Shown here one piece after another: positions 9,523 to 20,212 of a DNA stretch of 64,000 nt. Made by a program: the position numbers and the translations under genes. This DNA comes from Alphaproteobacteria bacterium (GTDB taxonomy: Bacteria > Pseudomonadota > Alphaproteobacteria > UBA9219 > RFNS01): positions 154,103-218,102 of the forward strand of contig WGMR01000007.1 of assembly GCA_016124955.1 (NCBI GenBank), in the 5' to 3' direction. The notes under the pieces were generated by a model. It saw nothing but the letters and a program-made list of their open reading frames with translations, made no database searches and had not been told where the DNA came from. Position 1 is the stretch's first letter; each line of letters starts with the position of its first letter.

Positions 9523-10758
9523 ATGAAATATACGCGTTCCCCCCTTGCGCCCAAGGCGTTCCCCAAGATGCCGCAGGTGGCAGGCGTCCGCCTTGCGACC
9601 TGCCATGCCGGGATCCGCAAGAACAAGAGCCGGAACGATGCGATGCTGGCGGTATGCGATGCCGGCACGGTGATTGCGGGCGTTTTGACGAAATCGCTGA
9701 CCGCTTCGGCTTCGGTGCTTGCATGCCGTACCGGGCTGAAGCACGGGAAGGCCCGCGCCATTCTTGTCAACGCCGGCAATTCCAACGCCTTTACCGGCAA
9801 GGCGGGCGAAGCCTTTATGAAAAGCGCGGTCGCTGCCGTCGCCGGCGGCGTGAAATGCCCGCCGCGGGAGGTGTTTTCATCTTCGACCGGCGTGATCGGC
9901 GTGCCGATGCCGGCCGATTTGCTGGCGAAAGCGGTGCCGGGGCTCGTGCACGGTCTTGGCGGCGCGAGCTGGGAAGACGCGGCATGGGCGATCGCCACCA
10001 CCGATACTTTTGCCAAGGGTTCGGTCGCGAAGGCGACGATAGACGGCAAAAAAGTGACGATCTGCGGCATTGCCAAGGGTTCGGGCATGATCGCGCCCGA
10101 TATGGCGACCATGCTGGCTTATGTGTTCACCGATGCCGCGATCGAACAAAAGGCGCTGCAGGCGATGGTGAGCGCGGTCAACGAGCGCACCTTCAACAGC
10201 ATTACGGTGGACGGCGATACATCGACCAGCGATACGCTGCTGGTGGCCGCCACCGGCCGTGCGGGCAACAAGGCGATCAAAAGCGCGGCCGACAAGCGCG
10301 GCGCCGGTTTTGCCAAGGCGCTTGAAGCCGTGCTGCGCGACCTTGCGTTGCAGATCGTGCGCGACGGCGAGGGCGCGACCAAGTTCGTGACCATCAAGAT
10401 CGCGGGCGCGGCCAGCGATAGCGCCGCGCGCAAGATCGCGCTTTCGATCGCCAATTCGCCGCTGGTGAAGACCGCGATCGCGGGCGAAGACGCCAACTGG
10501 GGCCGGATCGTGATGGCGATCGGCAAGGCGGGCGAAAAGGCCGATCGCGATAAAATCAAAATCCGCATCGGCGGCGTTCTGATTTGCGCGCACGGGCTGC
10601 AGGTGCCGGGCTATGATGAAGCGCCGGTCGCCGCCCATATGCGCGGGCAAGATGTGAATATCGATGTCGCGCTTGGTATCGGCAAGGGTACTGCTACGGT
10701 ATGGACATGCGATTTGACGCATGGTTACATCAGCATCAATGCCGATTACCGAAGCTGA
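9523..10758 (+). CDS. argJ: Bifunctional ornithine acetyltransferase/N-acetylglutamate synthase
   Basis: NAGNSNAFTG, SSTGVIG, KGSGMIAPDMATML, DGDTSTSD, VRDGEGATK, SPLVKTA..GED.NWGRI, INADYRS. Confidence 0.97.
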   Translation: MKYTRSPLAPKAFPKMPQVAGVRLATCHAGIRKNKSRNDAMLAVCDAGTVIAGVLTKSLTASASVLACRTGLKHGKARAILVNAGNSNAFTGKAGEAFMKSAVAAVAGGVKCPPREVFSSSTGVIGVPMPADLLAKAVPGLVHGLGGASWEDAAWAIATTDTFAKGSVAKATIDGKKVTICGIAKGSGMIAPDMATMLAYVFTDAAIEQKALQAMVSAVNERTFNSITVDGDTSTSDTLLVAATGRAGNKAIKSAADKRGAGFAKALEAVLRDLALQIVRDGEGATKFVTIKIAGAASDSAARKIALSIANSPLVKTAIAGEDANWGRIVMAIGKAGEKADRDKIKIRIGGVLICAHGLQVPGYDEAPVAAHMRGQDVNIDVALGIGKGTATVWTCDLTHGYISINADYRS

Positions 10759-11305
10759 ACTTATAACCGAACGCCTTGTGTTGCGGACGCTGCGTGCCGA
10801 AGAAGCGCCGCAGCTCGCCGCGCTGATCGGCCATTGGGATATTATCAAATGGCTGACGGTGGTGCCGTGGCCCTATACCGAACAGCATGCGCACGATTTC
10901 ATCGCGCAATCGATCAAGGTCAACGCTTCCCTTGCCGCGCCTTCGCGCTTCGCCATCACCGCGCGGGAAAGCGGTACGATTTTGGGGCATATCGGCATCA
11001 AATATATGGACGAAAATCCGAAGGCGGACGAAATGGAGCTCGGCTACTGGCTCGGGCTGCCGCATCAGGGTTTCGGCTATGCGGCGGAATCGATCGCGGC
11101 AATCACGGCGCACGGTTTTGCCGCGTTCGGCCTCGCGCGCATTTTTGCCTGCACGCGTCTCGATAACGCCGCATCGCGCCGTGCGCTCGAAACCGCGGGC
11201 TACCGTTATATCGGCGAACAAAAACCGCCGCAGCGCCATGGCCGTTTGCGCGGCGACGACGGCGTGCACGCCTATGAAATAACCGCCGAAAGCGCCCGCA
11301 CATGA
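10739..11305 (+). CDS. GNAT (RimJ/RimL-like) N-acetyltransferase
   Basis: TERLVLR, ELGYWLGLPHQGFGYA, DNAASRRALE; overlaps argJ end. Confidence 0.85.
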   Translation: MPITEAELITERLVLRTLRAEEAPQLAALIGHWDIIKWLTVVPWPYTEQHAHDFIAQSIKVNASLAAPSRFAITARESGTILGHIGIKYMDENPKADEMELGYWLGLPHQGFGYAAESIAAITAHGFAAFGLARIFACTRLDNAASRRALETAGYRYIGEQKPPQRHGRLRGDDGVHAYEITAESART

Positions 11306-11748
11306 CGGCCTGCATCGATGTCACGTTGCCGGCCGATGACGAGCGCACCCGCCCGCTGCGGCTCGTGGCCGCCGCGCTTCTGGTGGATGGCGACGGGCGC
11401 GTGCTGATCGCGCGCCGCCCGCCGGGCAAGGCCTTCGCCGGGCTTTGGGAATTCCCGGGTGGCAAGGTGGGGACGGGCGAAACACCGGAAGCGGCGCTCG
11501 TGCGCGAACTGGCCGAAGAACTGGCGATCAAAACATCGCCCGGCTGCCTTTCCCCGCTGGCCTTCGCGAGCCATGCTTACGACGATTTTCACCTTCTGAT
11601 GCCGCTTTATATATGCCGCGTATGGGAAGGAACCCCGCGCGCGCAGGAAGGGCAGGATCTGGCCTGGGTCCGCCCGCGCGCATTGCGGAATTATGAATTG
11701 CTGCCCGCCGACTTGCCGCTCGTGAGCGTGGTGGAAGAACGCGTCTAG
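11302..11748 (+). CDS. mutT: 8-oxo-dGTP diphosphatase MutT (Nudix)
   Basis: WEFPGGKVGTGETPEAALVRELAEEL Nudix box; FHLLMPLY; ATGA overlap with GNAT. Confidence 0.85.
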   Translation: MTACIDVTLPADDERTRPLRLVAAALLVDGDGRVLIARRPPGKAFAGLWEFPGGKVGTGETPEAALVRELAEELAIKTSPGCLSPLAFASHAYDDFHLLMPLYICRVWEGTPRAQEGQDLAWVRPRALRNYELLPADLPLVSVVEERV

Positions 11749-12227
11749 GGCGCCGCGCGGTTTTTCAGCAGATCCAGCGCGCCTTGCAGGATATAGGCCG
11801 CCGCCGCTTTATCCACCACCTCGTCACGGCGCTTGCGGGTCATGTCGTCTTCCAGCATGAAGCGTTCGACTGCCATGGTGGATAGACGTTCGTCCCAGAA
11901 AGCGATGGCGATATCGCCCGCCTTGCCAAGCGTAAGAAAGTTTTGCGCAAAAGCGCGGGCCGATTGCGCGCGCGGCCCTTCGCTTCCATCCATGTTTTTC
12001 GGCAGGCCGATCACGAGCCCGCCCGCACTCCGTTCCGCGATCACGGCCGCGAGTGCCGCGGCATCGGCCGCGAACTTGCCGCGCGCAAGCGTTTTGAGCG
12101 GCGAGGCGACCGCGAGGCCGGGGTCACATACCGCAAGGCCGATGGTTTTCGTGCCCAGATCGAGCCCCAGCAGGCATTGCCCCGGCTGCAGCAGGCTTTT
12201 AAGGTCGGCGATATTGCAGAGCGGCAT
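11745..12227 (-). CDS. ruvX: YqgF/RuvX pre-16S rRNA nuclease
   Basis: LLGLDLGTKTIGLA, VIGLPKNMDGSEG, WDERLST, VDKAAAAYILQ. Confidence 0.93.
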   Translation of the reverse strand: MPLCNIADLKSLLQPGQCLLGLDLGTKTIGLAVCDPGLAVASPLKTLARGKFAADAAALAAVIAERSAGGLVIGLPKNMDGSEGPRAQSARAFAQNFLTLGKAGDIAIAFWDERLSTMAVERFMLEDDMTRKRRDEVVDKAAAAYILQGALDLLKNRAAP

Positions 12228-12276
12228 GGCGGGTGATAGGTTCCGGAGGCATTTATTCCGGGGGGAAGATTAGCCC

Positions 12277-12564
12277 ATGTCCATCGATAAAACCACCGTC
12301 GCGCGCATCGCCCGCCTCGCACGCATGAAGGTGCCGGACGAGCAGCTCGAGCAGGTCGCGGGCGAGCTGAACCAGATCCTGGATTGGGTCGCGATGCTTG
12401 ACGAGGTCGATGTGAAGAATGTGCCGCCGATGCAGAGCGTGCACGATATGCCGCTGCGCTGGCGCGAGGACAAGGTGACGGACGGCGCGCGCGCAGGCGA
12501 CATTCTCTCCGCCGCGCCTTCGCGCACCGCCGATTTTTTCACCGTGCCGAAGGTGGTGGAATGA
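12277..12564 (+). CDS. gatC: Asp/Glu-tRNA amidotransferase subunit C
   Basis: [36 protein letters not shown]. Confidence 0.95.
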   Translation: MSIDKTTVARIARLARMKVPDEQLEQVAGELNQILDWVAMLDEVDVKNVPPMQSVHDMPLRWREDKVTDGARAGDILSAAPSRTADFFTVPKVVE

Positions 12565-14042
12565 GTGCGCTGACCGATTTGACGATGCGCGAGGCGCTTG
12601 AAGGCCTTGCCGCCAAAAAATTTTCCTCGACCGAGCTGACGCAGGATTACATCAAGGCGATGGAAAAGACGCGCCCGCTCGGCGCCTTTATCACCGAAAC
12701 GCCGGACCTTGCGCTTGATATGGCAAAAGCTTCCGATGCGCGCCGCGCGAAGGGCGCGGCGGGTCTGGTGGAAGGCTTGCCGCTCGGGATCAAGGATCTG
12801 TATTGCACGAAGGGCGTGCAGACCACGGCTGCGAGCCGTATCCTTGAAGGTTTCGTACCCACATATGAATCCACGGTGACGGAAAAGCTGTTTTCGAACG
12901 GCGCCGTGATGCTGGGCAAGCTGAACCTCGATGAATTCGCGATGGGGTCTTCCAACACCACCAGCCATTTCGGCAATGTGATCAACCCGTGGTCGGGGCC
13001 CGACCCGGCGGGCGCCAACCGCAAGCTGGTGCCCGGCGGCTCTTCGGGCGGCTCGGCCGCCGCCGTCGCCGCGCATGCCTGTCTTGGCGCGACCGGCACC
13101 GACACCGGCGGTTCGTGCCGCCAGCCCGCGGCGCTTTGCGGCGTGGTCGGCTTCAAGCCCACCTATGGCCGCTGTTCGCGCTGGGGCATTGTGGCGTTCG
13201 CATCCTCGCTCGATCAGGCGGGCACGCTCAGCCGCACGGTGTGGGATGCGGCGCTGATGCTGCGCGCGATGGCGGGGTTCGACGACAAGGATTCGACCTC
13301 GGCCGACAAGCCGGTGCCCGATTACACCGCCGCCGTCGGCCAGCCGGTGAAGGGCTTGCGCGTCGGCATTCCCAAGGAATACAGGATCGACGGCGTACCG
13401 GCCGAGGTCAGCGATATGTGGGACAAGGGCGCGGCGATGCTGCGCGATCAGGGCGCCGAGATCGTCGATATCAGCCTGCCGCACGCCAAATACGCGCTGC
13501 CGGTTTATTACATCATCGCGCCCGCCGAGGCATCTTCCAACCTCGCGCGTTATGACGGCGTGCGTTTCGGCCAGCGCGAGACAGGCCGGAACCTGATCGA
13601 AATGTATGAAAATACGCGCGGCAAGGGTTTCGGCGCCGAAGTGCGGCGCCGCATCCTGATCGGCACCTATGTTTTGTCCGCCGGTTATTACGACGCTTAT
13701 TACCTGAAGGCGCAGAAGGTCCGCGCCTGTATCCGCCGCGATTTCGAACAGGCTTACGAAAAATGCGACGTGATCCTGACCCCGACCGCGCCTTCGACCG
13801 CCTTCGCGATCGGCGAAAAACAGAACGACCCGCTTCAGATGTATCTGGAGGATGTTTATACCGTCACGCTCAATCTCGCCGGGTTGCCGGGTATTTCCGT
13901 GCCTGTCGGCCTCGGCGCAGACGGGTTGCCGCTCGGGCTGCAGCTGATGGGCCGCGCGTTTGACGAAGAAACGCTGCTGCGCGCCGCGGGCGCGCTCGAG
14001 CAGGCAGCAGCCTTCAAGGCCGCTCCGCCCTTCATGGCCTGA
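12561..14042 (+). CDS. gatA: Asp/Glu-tRNA amidotransferase subunit A
   Basis: [71 protein letters not shown]. Confidence 0.98.
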   Translation: MSALTDLTMREALEGLAAKKFSSTELTQDYIKAMEKTRPLGAFITETPDLALDMAKASDARRAKGAAGLVEGLPLGIKDLYCTKGVQTTAASRILEGFVPTYESTVTEKLFSNGAVMLGKLNLDEFAMGSSNTTSHFGNVINPWSGPDPAGANRKLVPGGSSGGSAAAVAAHACLGATGTDTGGSCRQPAALCGVVGFKPTYGRCSRWGIVAFASSLDQAGTLSRTVWDAALMLRAMAGFDDKDSTSADKPVPDYTAAVGQPVKGLRVGIPKEYRIDGVPAEVSDMWDKGAAMLRDQGAEIVDISLPHAKYALPVYYIIAPAEASSNLARYDGVRFGQRETGRNLIEMYENTRGKGFGAEVRRRILIGTYVLSAGYYDAYYLKAQKVRACIRRDFEQAYEKCDVILTPTAPSTAFAIGEKQNDPLQMYLEDVYTVTLNLAGLPGISVPVGLGADGLPLGLQLMGRAFDEETLLRAAGALEQAAAFKAAPPFMA

Positions 14043-15385
14043 TGAAGATGCGCGCGCCGCGCGGCTTTCTGGCCGGGCTGCTTGCGGCCTGGCTGGGGTT
14101 TGGCGTTTTTGCCTCGCTCGCGATGCTGGTGCCGGAAGCGGCTGTGGAAAAGACGCTGCAGGCAAATTGGTCGCCGCCGAGCGCGGAACAGCTGCACATG
14201 TTGCCGGGCGATTATTTTACCGAATGCGCGATGATGAGCGCAGCGATGACTACGGGCCGCAGCCTGTTGCACAGGGTTTTGAACCCGCTTTTGATGGTGC
14301 CGCCCGACCATTACTGCCGCAACCTTGCGAAGATGGTGCACAAGGAAGCGGCGCAGGTGCCTAAATTGAATGCGCGCTACTGGCAGGGCCCCGCGTTTTT
14401 GCTGCGCGCGCTGTTGCCCGCCATCGGCCCCGGCGGCATGCGGCTTTGTTACCTTTGGCTCACCATCACCGGCATCGGTTTTTTTCTTTTGGCGGCGCGG
14501 CGGCACCCGGCGCTGGTGGTCGTTGCGGGTACGCTGTTTGCGGGTTGCTTCGCGTTCGCGCATTGGGGCGGGATGCAAACAAACCTCGCACATGCGCCGG
14601 TTTTTATAATCGCGCCGTGGCTGCTTGGCGTTTGCCTGCTGCGCGAAAAACGTGCGGCAGACGCGGCGCGGCGGGAATATGTGTGGCTCGCGGGCGCGGG
14701 CGCGCTCGGCGCGCTCACGGCGTTCTTCGATATGCTGTTCGGCGGGATACCTTTCAACCTTATGCTGCTTATGCTTACGCTTTCATTGCGTCATGATGCG
14801 CGCTTCAGTGATGCGTTTGCGGGCGCGCTTGCGTTTGCGGCCGGATTGGGCGCGACGATTTTGCTGAAGCTTGTCGCGGTCGCGGCGCTGATGGGCGATA
14901 CAGTATTCATCAATAATTTCTTCGATCATTTGCTTTATAGAATGCAGGGCGTGGACACGGGCGAAGAAAAAGCCCTTTACGCCACCCCGGTCGAAGCGCT
15001 TTTGACCTATCAGCCCGGTTTTGCCGCGCTGCCCTGGATGGGCGCGTGGCTTTACGGCGCTATCATGGCCGCGGGCGGGGCGGCCGCGATCGGGCTGCCC
15101 GTGATTTTCGGGTCGCGGCCCACCCCTTCGCCAATATGGCGGCTGTATGGAAGCGGCATGCTTGCGGTGCTTGTGTTTCCGGCCTGGTACATGGTTTTTG
15201 CCAACCACACGCTGCATCACCCGCATTTTATGCTGCGTTTCGCGCTGCTTGCCCCGCTTGCCGCGCTTGCGCTTGCCGCGCTGCTGTTATTCGGGGTAAA
15301 AAGCATACCCTCCGGCCGCGAAGCTGCTATGCTTGATAAAGGCCCCCTCGCGGCGGGACCGGGAAAAACAAGGCGCGGACCATGA
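14042..15385 (+). CDS. Uncharacterised polytopic membrane protein (possible GT-C fold) inserted between gatA and gatB
   Basis: 447 aa, roughly 10-11 hydrophobic segments, ARYWQG and FFDML motifs; TGATG overlap with gatA and ATGA overlap with gatB. Confidence 0.75.
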   Translation: MKMRAPRGFLAGLLAAWLGFGVFASLAMLVPEAAVEKTLQANWSPPSAEQLHMLPGDYFTECAMMSAAMTTGRSLLHRVLNPLLMVPPDHYCRNLAKMVHKEAAQVPKLNARYWQGPAFLLRALLPAIGPGGMRLCYLWLTITGIGFFLLAARRHPALVVVAGTLFAGCFAFAHWGGMQTNLAHAPVFIIAPWLLGVCLLREKRAADAARREYVWLAGAGALGALTAFFDMLFGGIPFNLMLLMLTLSLRHDARFSDAFAGALAFAAGLGATILLKLVAVAALMGDTVFINNFFDHLLYRMQGVDTGEEKALYATPVEALLTYQPGFAALPWMGAWLYGAIMAAGGAAAIGLPVIFGSRPTPSPIWRLYGSGMLAVLVFPAWYMVFANHTLHHPHFMLRFALLAPLAALALAALLLFGVKSIPSGREAAMLDKGPLAAGPGKTRRGP

Positions 15386-16851
15386 GCGGCATAATCGAAG
15401 GCGAAAAAGGCAAGTGGGAGATGGTGATCGGGCTTGAGGTGCACGCGCAAGTGACCTCGGCCGCCAAGCTGTTTTCCGGCGCCGCCACCAGGTTCGGTGC
15501 CGCCCCGAACGACCAGGTTTCGCCGGTCGATGCCGGTTTTCCCGGCATGCTGCCGGTGATCAACGGCAAATGCGTCGAGCAGGCGGTGCGCACCGGGCTC
15601 GGACTCAAGGCGCAAATCAATCTTGAATCGATTTTTGATCGCAAGAATTATTTTTATGCCGACCTGCCCGCCGGTTACCAGATAAGCCAGTATTTGAACC
15701 CGATTGTCGGCAAGGGCGAGATCGTGCTCGACCTGCCGGGCGGTGAGGCGCGCACCATCGGCATTACGCGCCTGCATCTCGAGCAGGATGCGGGCAAGAG
15801 CATGCACGACCAGAGCGATAGTGAAACCTTCGTCGATCTGAACCGCGCCGGCGTCGCGCTGATGGAGATCGTGTCGGAACCCGACATGCGCAGCGCCGAG
15901 GAAGCCGCCGCGTATATCAAGAAGTTGCGCACGATTTTGCGCTATCTCGGTACCTGCGACGGCAACATGGAGGAAGGCTCCATGCGCGCCGACGTCAACC
16001 TTTCGATGCGCCCGGTCGGGGAAGGCAGGCTTGGCACGCGCTGCGAGATCAAGAATGTCAATTCGGTGCGTTTCGTGATGCAGGCGATCGAATATGAAGC
16101 GCGCCGCCAGGTGGAAATCCTGGAAGCGGGCGGCAAGATCGACCAGGAAACGCGCCTGTGGGACACGCAAAAGGGCGAGACGCGCGCCATGCGCTCGAAG
16201 GAAGAGGCGCATGATTACCGCTATTTCCCGGACCCCGATCTTCTGCCGCTGAAGCTCGATGCCAAATGGGTCGATGATATCAGGGTGACGCTGCCCGAAT
16301 TGCCGGATGAAAAGAAGGCGCGCTTCGTGGCGGAATACGGCATCAGCGTCTATGACGCGGGCGTGCTGGCGGCGGAGCGCGAGGTCGCGGATTTTTATGA
16401 ACAGGTCGCCAAGGGGCCCGCGGGCGCAAGGGACGGCAAGCTGGCCGCCAACTGGGTCACCGGTAGCCTGTTCGGCGCGCTGAACGAGGCGGGCAAGGGC
16501 GTTTCCGAAAGCCCGGTCAGCGCCGCGCAAATCGGCGGGCTGATTGATCTGATCGCCGATAACACCATTTCCGGCCGTATCGCCAAGGATGTGTTCGCGG
16601 AAATGTTTTCAACCGGCAGGGACGCCGCCGCGATCGTCGAGGAAAAGGGGCTTCGGCAGGTGACCGATACGGGTGCGATCGAAGCCGAGATCGACAAGGT
16701 GCTGGCCGCCAATGCCGACAAGGTGGCGGAATACAGGGGCGGAAAAGACAAGCTGTTCGGCTTTTTCGTAGGCCAGGTGATGAAGGCGACCGGGGGCAAG
16801 GCAAACCCGGCGGCGTTGAACGATTTACTCGGGAAAAAGCTAAAGGGCTGA
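15382..16851 (+). CDS. gatB: Asp/Glu-tRNA amidotransferase subunit B
   Basis: [74 protein letters not shown]. Confidence 0.98.
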   Translation: MSGIIEGEKGKWEMVIGLEVHAQVTSAAKLFSGAATRFGAAPNDQVSPVDAGFPGMLPVINGKCVEQAVRTGLGLKAQINLESIFDRKNYFYADLPAGYQISQYLNPIVGKGEIVLDLPGGEARTIGITRLHLEQDAGKSMHDQSDSETFVDLNRAGVALMEIVSEPDMRSAEEAAAYIKKLRTILRYLGTCDGNMEEGSMRADVNLSMRPVGEGRLGTRCEIKNVNSVRFVMQAIEYEARRQVEILEAGGKIDQETRLWDTQKGETRAMRSKEEAHDYRYFPDPDLLPLKLDAKWVDDIRVTLPELPDEKKARFVAEYGISVYDAGVLAAEREVADFYEQVAKGPAGARDGKLAANWVTGSLFGALNEAGKGVSESPVSAAQIGGLIDLIADNTISGRIAKDVFAEMFSTGRDAAAIVEEKGLRQVTDTGAIEAEIDKVLAANADKVAEYRGGKDKLFGFFVGQVMKATGGKANPAALNDLLGKKLKG

Positions 16852-16852
16852 T

Positions 16853-18094
16853 ATGGATATGGCTGTGAAGAAAACGACGAAAATGGCGCGCGCGAAAATC
16901 GGCGCAGGAGGCAGCGACGATATCCGGAAGGGTTTTCTGAATCCGCCCGACGATCTGAAGCAGCTAAAAATAATCTCGGCACAGGCCGTGCGCACCCTTT
17001 CCGAGGATATCAACCGCATCAAGCGCGGCGAATTACGTGGCAAGAAGCTGGCCATTGTGCTTGCCACTGGCGGAACACTGGCGATGCGGACCGAGGCAGG
17101 TATCCGCACACCTCATCTCGATTTCCAGCAGCTTTTTACCCATATGGGCGGCAACCTTGCCGAACGGTTCGAGATTCGCGGTTTGCAGGCCTTTAATATC
17201 GATAGTTCGCAGATGGATTATCGCCATACGCGCGAACTTGCGATTGTGATGACGTGGCTGTGGGGTGCCATCAAGGTGCCGTTTACCGGCTTTCTTGTCA
17301 CGCACGGCACCGACACCATGAGCTATGCCGCCGCCGCGACCTCGTTGATGATGGGGCCGGGCATGCCCTTTTCGGTCGTCTATACGGGCGCACAGCGGCC
17401 GATGGAAGACCCGCTGAGCGACGTGCAGATCAACATACGTAATTCGCTTTATACGCTGGAATCTCTGCACGCCAAGAATATGGCCGAAGTGCTGATCGTG
17501 ATGGGCGACCGCGCGGTTCTGGCAACCTCTTCGGAAAAGGTGAACGATACGCTGGCCAATGCCTTTGATGCGCCGCGCCACCATTATGTGGCGCGTTATA
17601 ACCGCATGGACCACCCGGTGCCTTTGGCGGATTGGCTCAAGCCCCGCCGCCGCGCGCCGTTCAAGCCCACAATCTGGCAGGGCGACCATTCTCATACGCT
17701 GGTGGTCAAATCCACGCTGGGGCTTGATCCGAAAATGGTGACGCATCAAATCGAACAGCCTTCCGTGCGATCGGTCATTCTGTATTCGTTCGGTGCCGGC
17801 ACGGTGCACGAAGATATTATCGCCGCCACGGTGGAACCCGCCAAGCGACGCGGCATACCCGTTTTTGTGGTCAACCCCGTGCATGCCGATTACCGCGTCG
17901 AATATCTTTCCAGTTTCAAGGCCGTGCGCATGGGCGCGACCCCGCTGGATATGACGCTTTCAAGCGCGCTCGCGAAAACCGAGATTGCGCTGCGCCTGCA
18001 TGGCGGAGACGCCAAGGCGATGGCCCGTTTCATGACGCAAAACTATGTCGGCGAAGTGCCCACACAGCTATCGCGCTTCGTGCCCAGTAAATAA
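16853..18094 (+). CDS. Type I-like asparaginase/glutaminase with N-terminal extension
   Basis: ATGGT and HGTDTM catalytic motifs, TGAQRP, SFGAG, DMT..AL.K; starts 1 nt after gatB stop. Confidence 0.85.
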   Translation: MDMAVKKTTKMARAKIGAGGSDDIRKGFLNPPDDLKQLKIISAQAVRTLSEDINRIKRGELRGKKLAIVLATGGTLAMRTEAGIRTPHLDFQQLFTHMGGNLAERFEIRGLQAFNIDSSQMDYRHTRELAIVMTWLWGAIKVPFTGFLVTHGTDTMSYAAAATSLMMGPGMPFSVVYTGAQRPMEDPLSDVQINIRNSLYTLESLHAKNMAEVLIVMGDRAVLATSSEKVNDTLANAFDAPRHHYVARYNRMDHPVPLADWLKPRRRAPFKPTIWQGDHSHTLVVKSTLGLDPKMVTHQIEQPSVRSVILYSFGAGTVHEDIIAATVEPAKRRGIPVFVVNPVHADYRVEYLSSFKAVRMGATPLDMTLSSALAKTEIALRLHGGDAKAMARFMTQNYVGEVPTQLSRFVPSK

Positions 18095-18133
18095 ATCCCG
18101 ATTCTACAGACCTTGCCCGCACCCAGCCGAGCC

Positions 18134-19213
18134 ATGACCAACGCGGTATTTGAAAACCACAAACTTCCGGAGTTTCTGAAGCTGTCCACCATCGGCGAGG
18201 CGCTGGAGGAGGAGACGCGCCGCCGCGACGCGATCGCCGCCGCCGCTTCGGCCGAACGCACGCGCGTGCTTACGCGTTGGGGCAGCTATCCCGTCTATTA
18301 CAACGCGCTCAAGCACACGATCATCGAAGGGCCGGGGGAGGCTTATGACCGGGCGTATAAAATTTATCTTGAGTTGTTTGACCACGAGCTGCCTTTTGCG
18401 CCGGACGTTTACTATTATTACTTCGAACAGAATCACAACAAGGCTTTGCAGGAAAAATACGGGCCGTTTCAATATCGCGTGCTTTCGCTCGAAGATCCGC
18501 GCGACATGGCCAGCATTGGCCAGATCAGCTATCTGACCGTGCCGTTGCCGGAAAATTTCGCGCCCTATGCGGCGGCGTTGTATGTAGCGGTGACGTGTGT
18601 ACGGCCTCAATCGCGTATGCCCAAGATGGCCGACTACATGATCAAGGCTGCGGTCAGTGATATATACGTGACGCTTGAAAAAATGGGCCGTCCGGTGCCG
18701 CCGGGCGGGCAAATCGCGGCTTTTACCAACCATATGCACCCGCTGGCGCAATCGCCGCGCGATTTCCTGGTGGATAGCATGGGTACCGGGATCGATTGCT
18801 TTGATCGTGATTTATGGTTCGGGCGCATGGGGTTCCGTATTCTCGATATTCCCTACCGCCGCCCGTCGCCCCGCGCCGATTACAGTGCCGAATATGCCTG
18901 GACGTATAAATATGCTGTGCGGCCCGCGCCGGGCCAAGAGCAAATCCCGGCGGATGTGTTCATGTATTTGCATACGCGCTATTGTGCCATGCGGCAAAAG
19001 CCCTTCATGCCCGAAAACGACAAATTCTATCAGGAATTAAGCGCCGAGGCGGCGCAACGCCCGCAGATCAGGCTTCTGGCGGAAAACAACTTTCAGTTCG
19101 CGCGGCTACGGCGGCAGGTGCGCGCGTGGCTGCATGAAAACCGCAAGGCGGATTTCGGCGGCGCGCTGGCGCGCAGCAAATTTTCGGAATTGCTGCGCGA
19201 CGCGGCGGAATAG
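18134..19213 (+). CDS. Hypothetical protein, divergent GNAT-like fold
   Basis: Open 359 aa frame with host-like codons; YVAVTCVRPQSR and WFGRMGFRILDIPYRRP resemble GNAT motif A and the FYxRxGF...YxQP motif. Confidence 0.55.
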   Translation: MTNAVFENHKLPEFLKLSTIGEALEEETRRRDAIAAAASAERTRVLTRWGSYPVYYNALKHTIIEGPGEAYDRAYKIYLELFDHELPFAPDVYYYYFEQNHNKALQEKYGPFQYRVLSLEDPRDMASIGQISYLTVPLPENFAPYAAALYVAVTCVRPQSRMPKMADYMIKAAVSDIYVTLEKMGRPVPPGGQIAAFTNHMHPLAQSPRDFLVDSMGTGIDCFDRDLWFGRMGFRILDIPYRRPSPRADYSAEYAWTYKYAVRPAPGQEQIPADVFMYLHTRYCAMRQKPFMPENDKFYQELSAEAAQRPQIRLLAENNFQFARLRRQVRAWLHENRKADFGGALARSKFSELLRDAAE

Positions 19214-19226
19214 ATTGAAGGAAAGC

Positions 19227-19469
19227 TCAGCGCGCCGCTGGCGCCGCCGGGCGCAACGAGATCTGCGACCTGTTTTTGAAAAGCCAGTATGCCCCGTACA
19301 AAACGACCGGCGCCAGAACGGCTGCGCCTGCCGTGCTTGCCGCCATGGCAATCAGTGCCCCGGCTGTGCCGCCTTTAAGCGCGAGATAGCCAAGCCCGCA
19401 TACGAGCCCGGCGGCCAGCAGCATAACGCTGGCTGTATCGGATGGATACCAATGACGCCGTGTTTGCAT
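19227..19469 (-). CDS. Small two-TM hypothetical protein
   Basis: 80 aa hydrophobic ORF filling an otherwise empty gap; no clear RBS. Confidence 0.4.
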   Translation of the reverse strand: MQTRRHWYPSDTASVMLLAAGLVCGLGYLALKGGTAGALIAMAASTAGAAVLAPVVLYGAYWLFKNRSQISLRPAAPAAR

Positions 19470-19499
19470 GGGATGACAAAAAATGCCGGATTACCGCGC

Positions 19500-19718
19500 T
19501 TATGCGTAGGCGGCGACCTTGCGGCGCCGGCCGCGGCGCGGGGCTGAGAAGCTGCTCAGCACGCCGCTTTCGGCAAGGCGTGCGCCGCGCAGCTCGGAAA
19601 GACAGCGCTGGAGCATAACCATTTCGCGCATATCGTCGCGATCGGAAACCTGCATGGTGCTCAGTTTGATCTCGACCAGGTCAATCAGCATCTGCATCGA
19701 TTCTTTTGACATGGCCAT
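19500..19718 (-). CDS. Small hypothetical protein (LIDLVEIKLS..DRDD.RE type)
   Basis: 72 aa, strong GGAAGGA RBS, strong GC3 bias; motif resembles a conserved Rhodospirillales small protein (from memory). Confidence 0.75.
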   Translation of the reverse strand: MAMSKESMQMLIDLVEIKLSTMQVSDRDDMREMVMLQRCLSELRGARLAESGVLSSFSAPRRGRRRKVAAYA

Positions 19719-19830
19719 GGTGCGATCCTTCCAAAATGGATTGTTGAAATACATTTTGCCTGCGCCGCATTTCCCCGCGGCCCGGCCCAATGCTTGTGTT
19801 ACGCAATGTGTTCATCTTGCGGCAAAAACC

Positions 19831-19845
19831 TTAAAATTGCGTTAC
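19831..19845. promoter_or_regulatory. CtrA-box-like site
   Basis: TTAA-AATTGCG-TTAC, one mismatch to TTAA-N7-TTAA, in an AT-rich divergent intergenic region. Confidence 0.45.
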
Positions 19846-20212
19846 GTCTTTATCTTAAATATTGGATTTTATTCAAATTTTATTAGGGTTAATCGCGCTT
19901 CACCATGCCGCGCCGATTGCCGTGGTTTTTCAACTCCGCGTGCTGCACGAAAGGATGCGGAAAACCGGGTTGCGCCGCCGGCATGGTTACAAAACCCCCC
20001 GCGTGCGTTAACCATGAACGCCGTTCCGGTGCTGTTTTGGCGGGTAACAAGATACGCAAAAAACGTTTGCTGCGGTGTCATCATGGTTAATTCAAAAAGA
20101 ATGTGCGGAAAGAAAAAAACCAAGTGCGTATTCCCTTGACTTACATTCGCCCGGATTGTTAGAAGCCGCGACAGTTATTACGGGGCTTTTCATTTTATAA
20201 AGAGGATTAGCG

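Noticed and set aside
16853-18094. Direct annotation as GatD
   Set aside because: No gatE and no recognisable GatD N-terminal domain; kept as asparaginase-like
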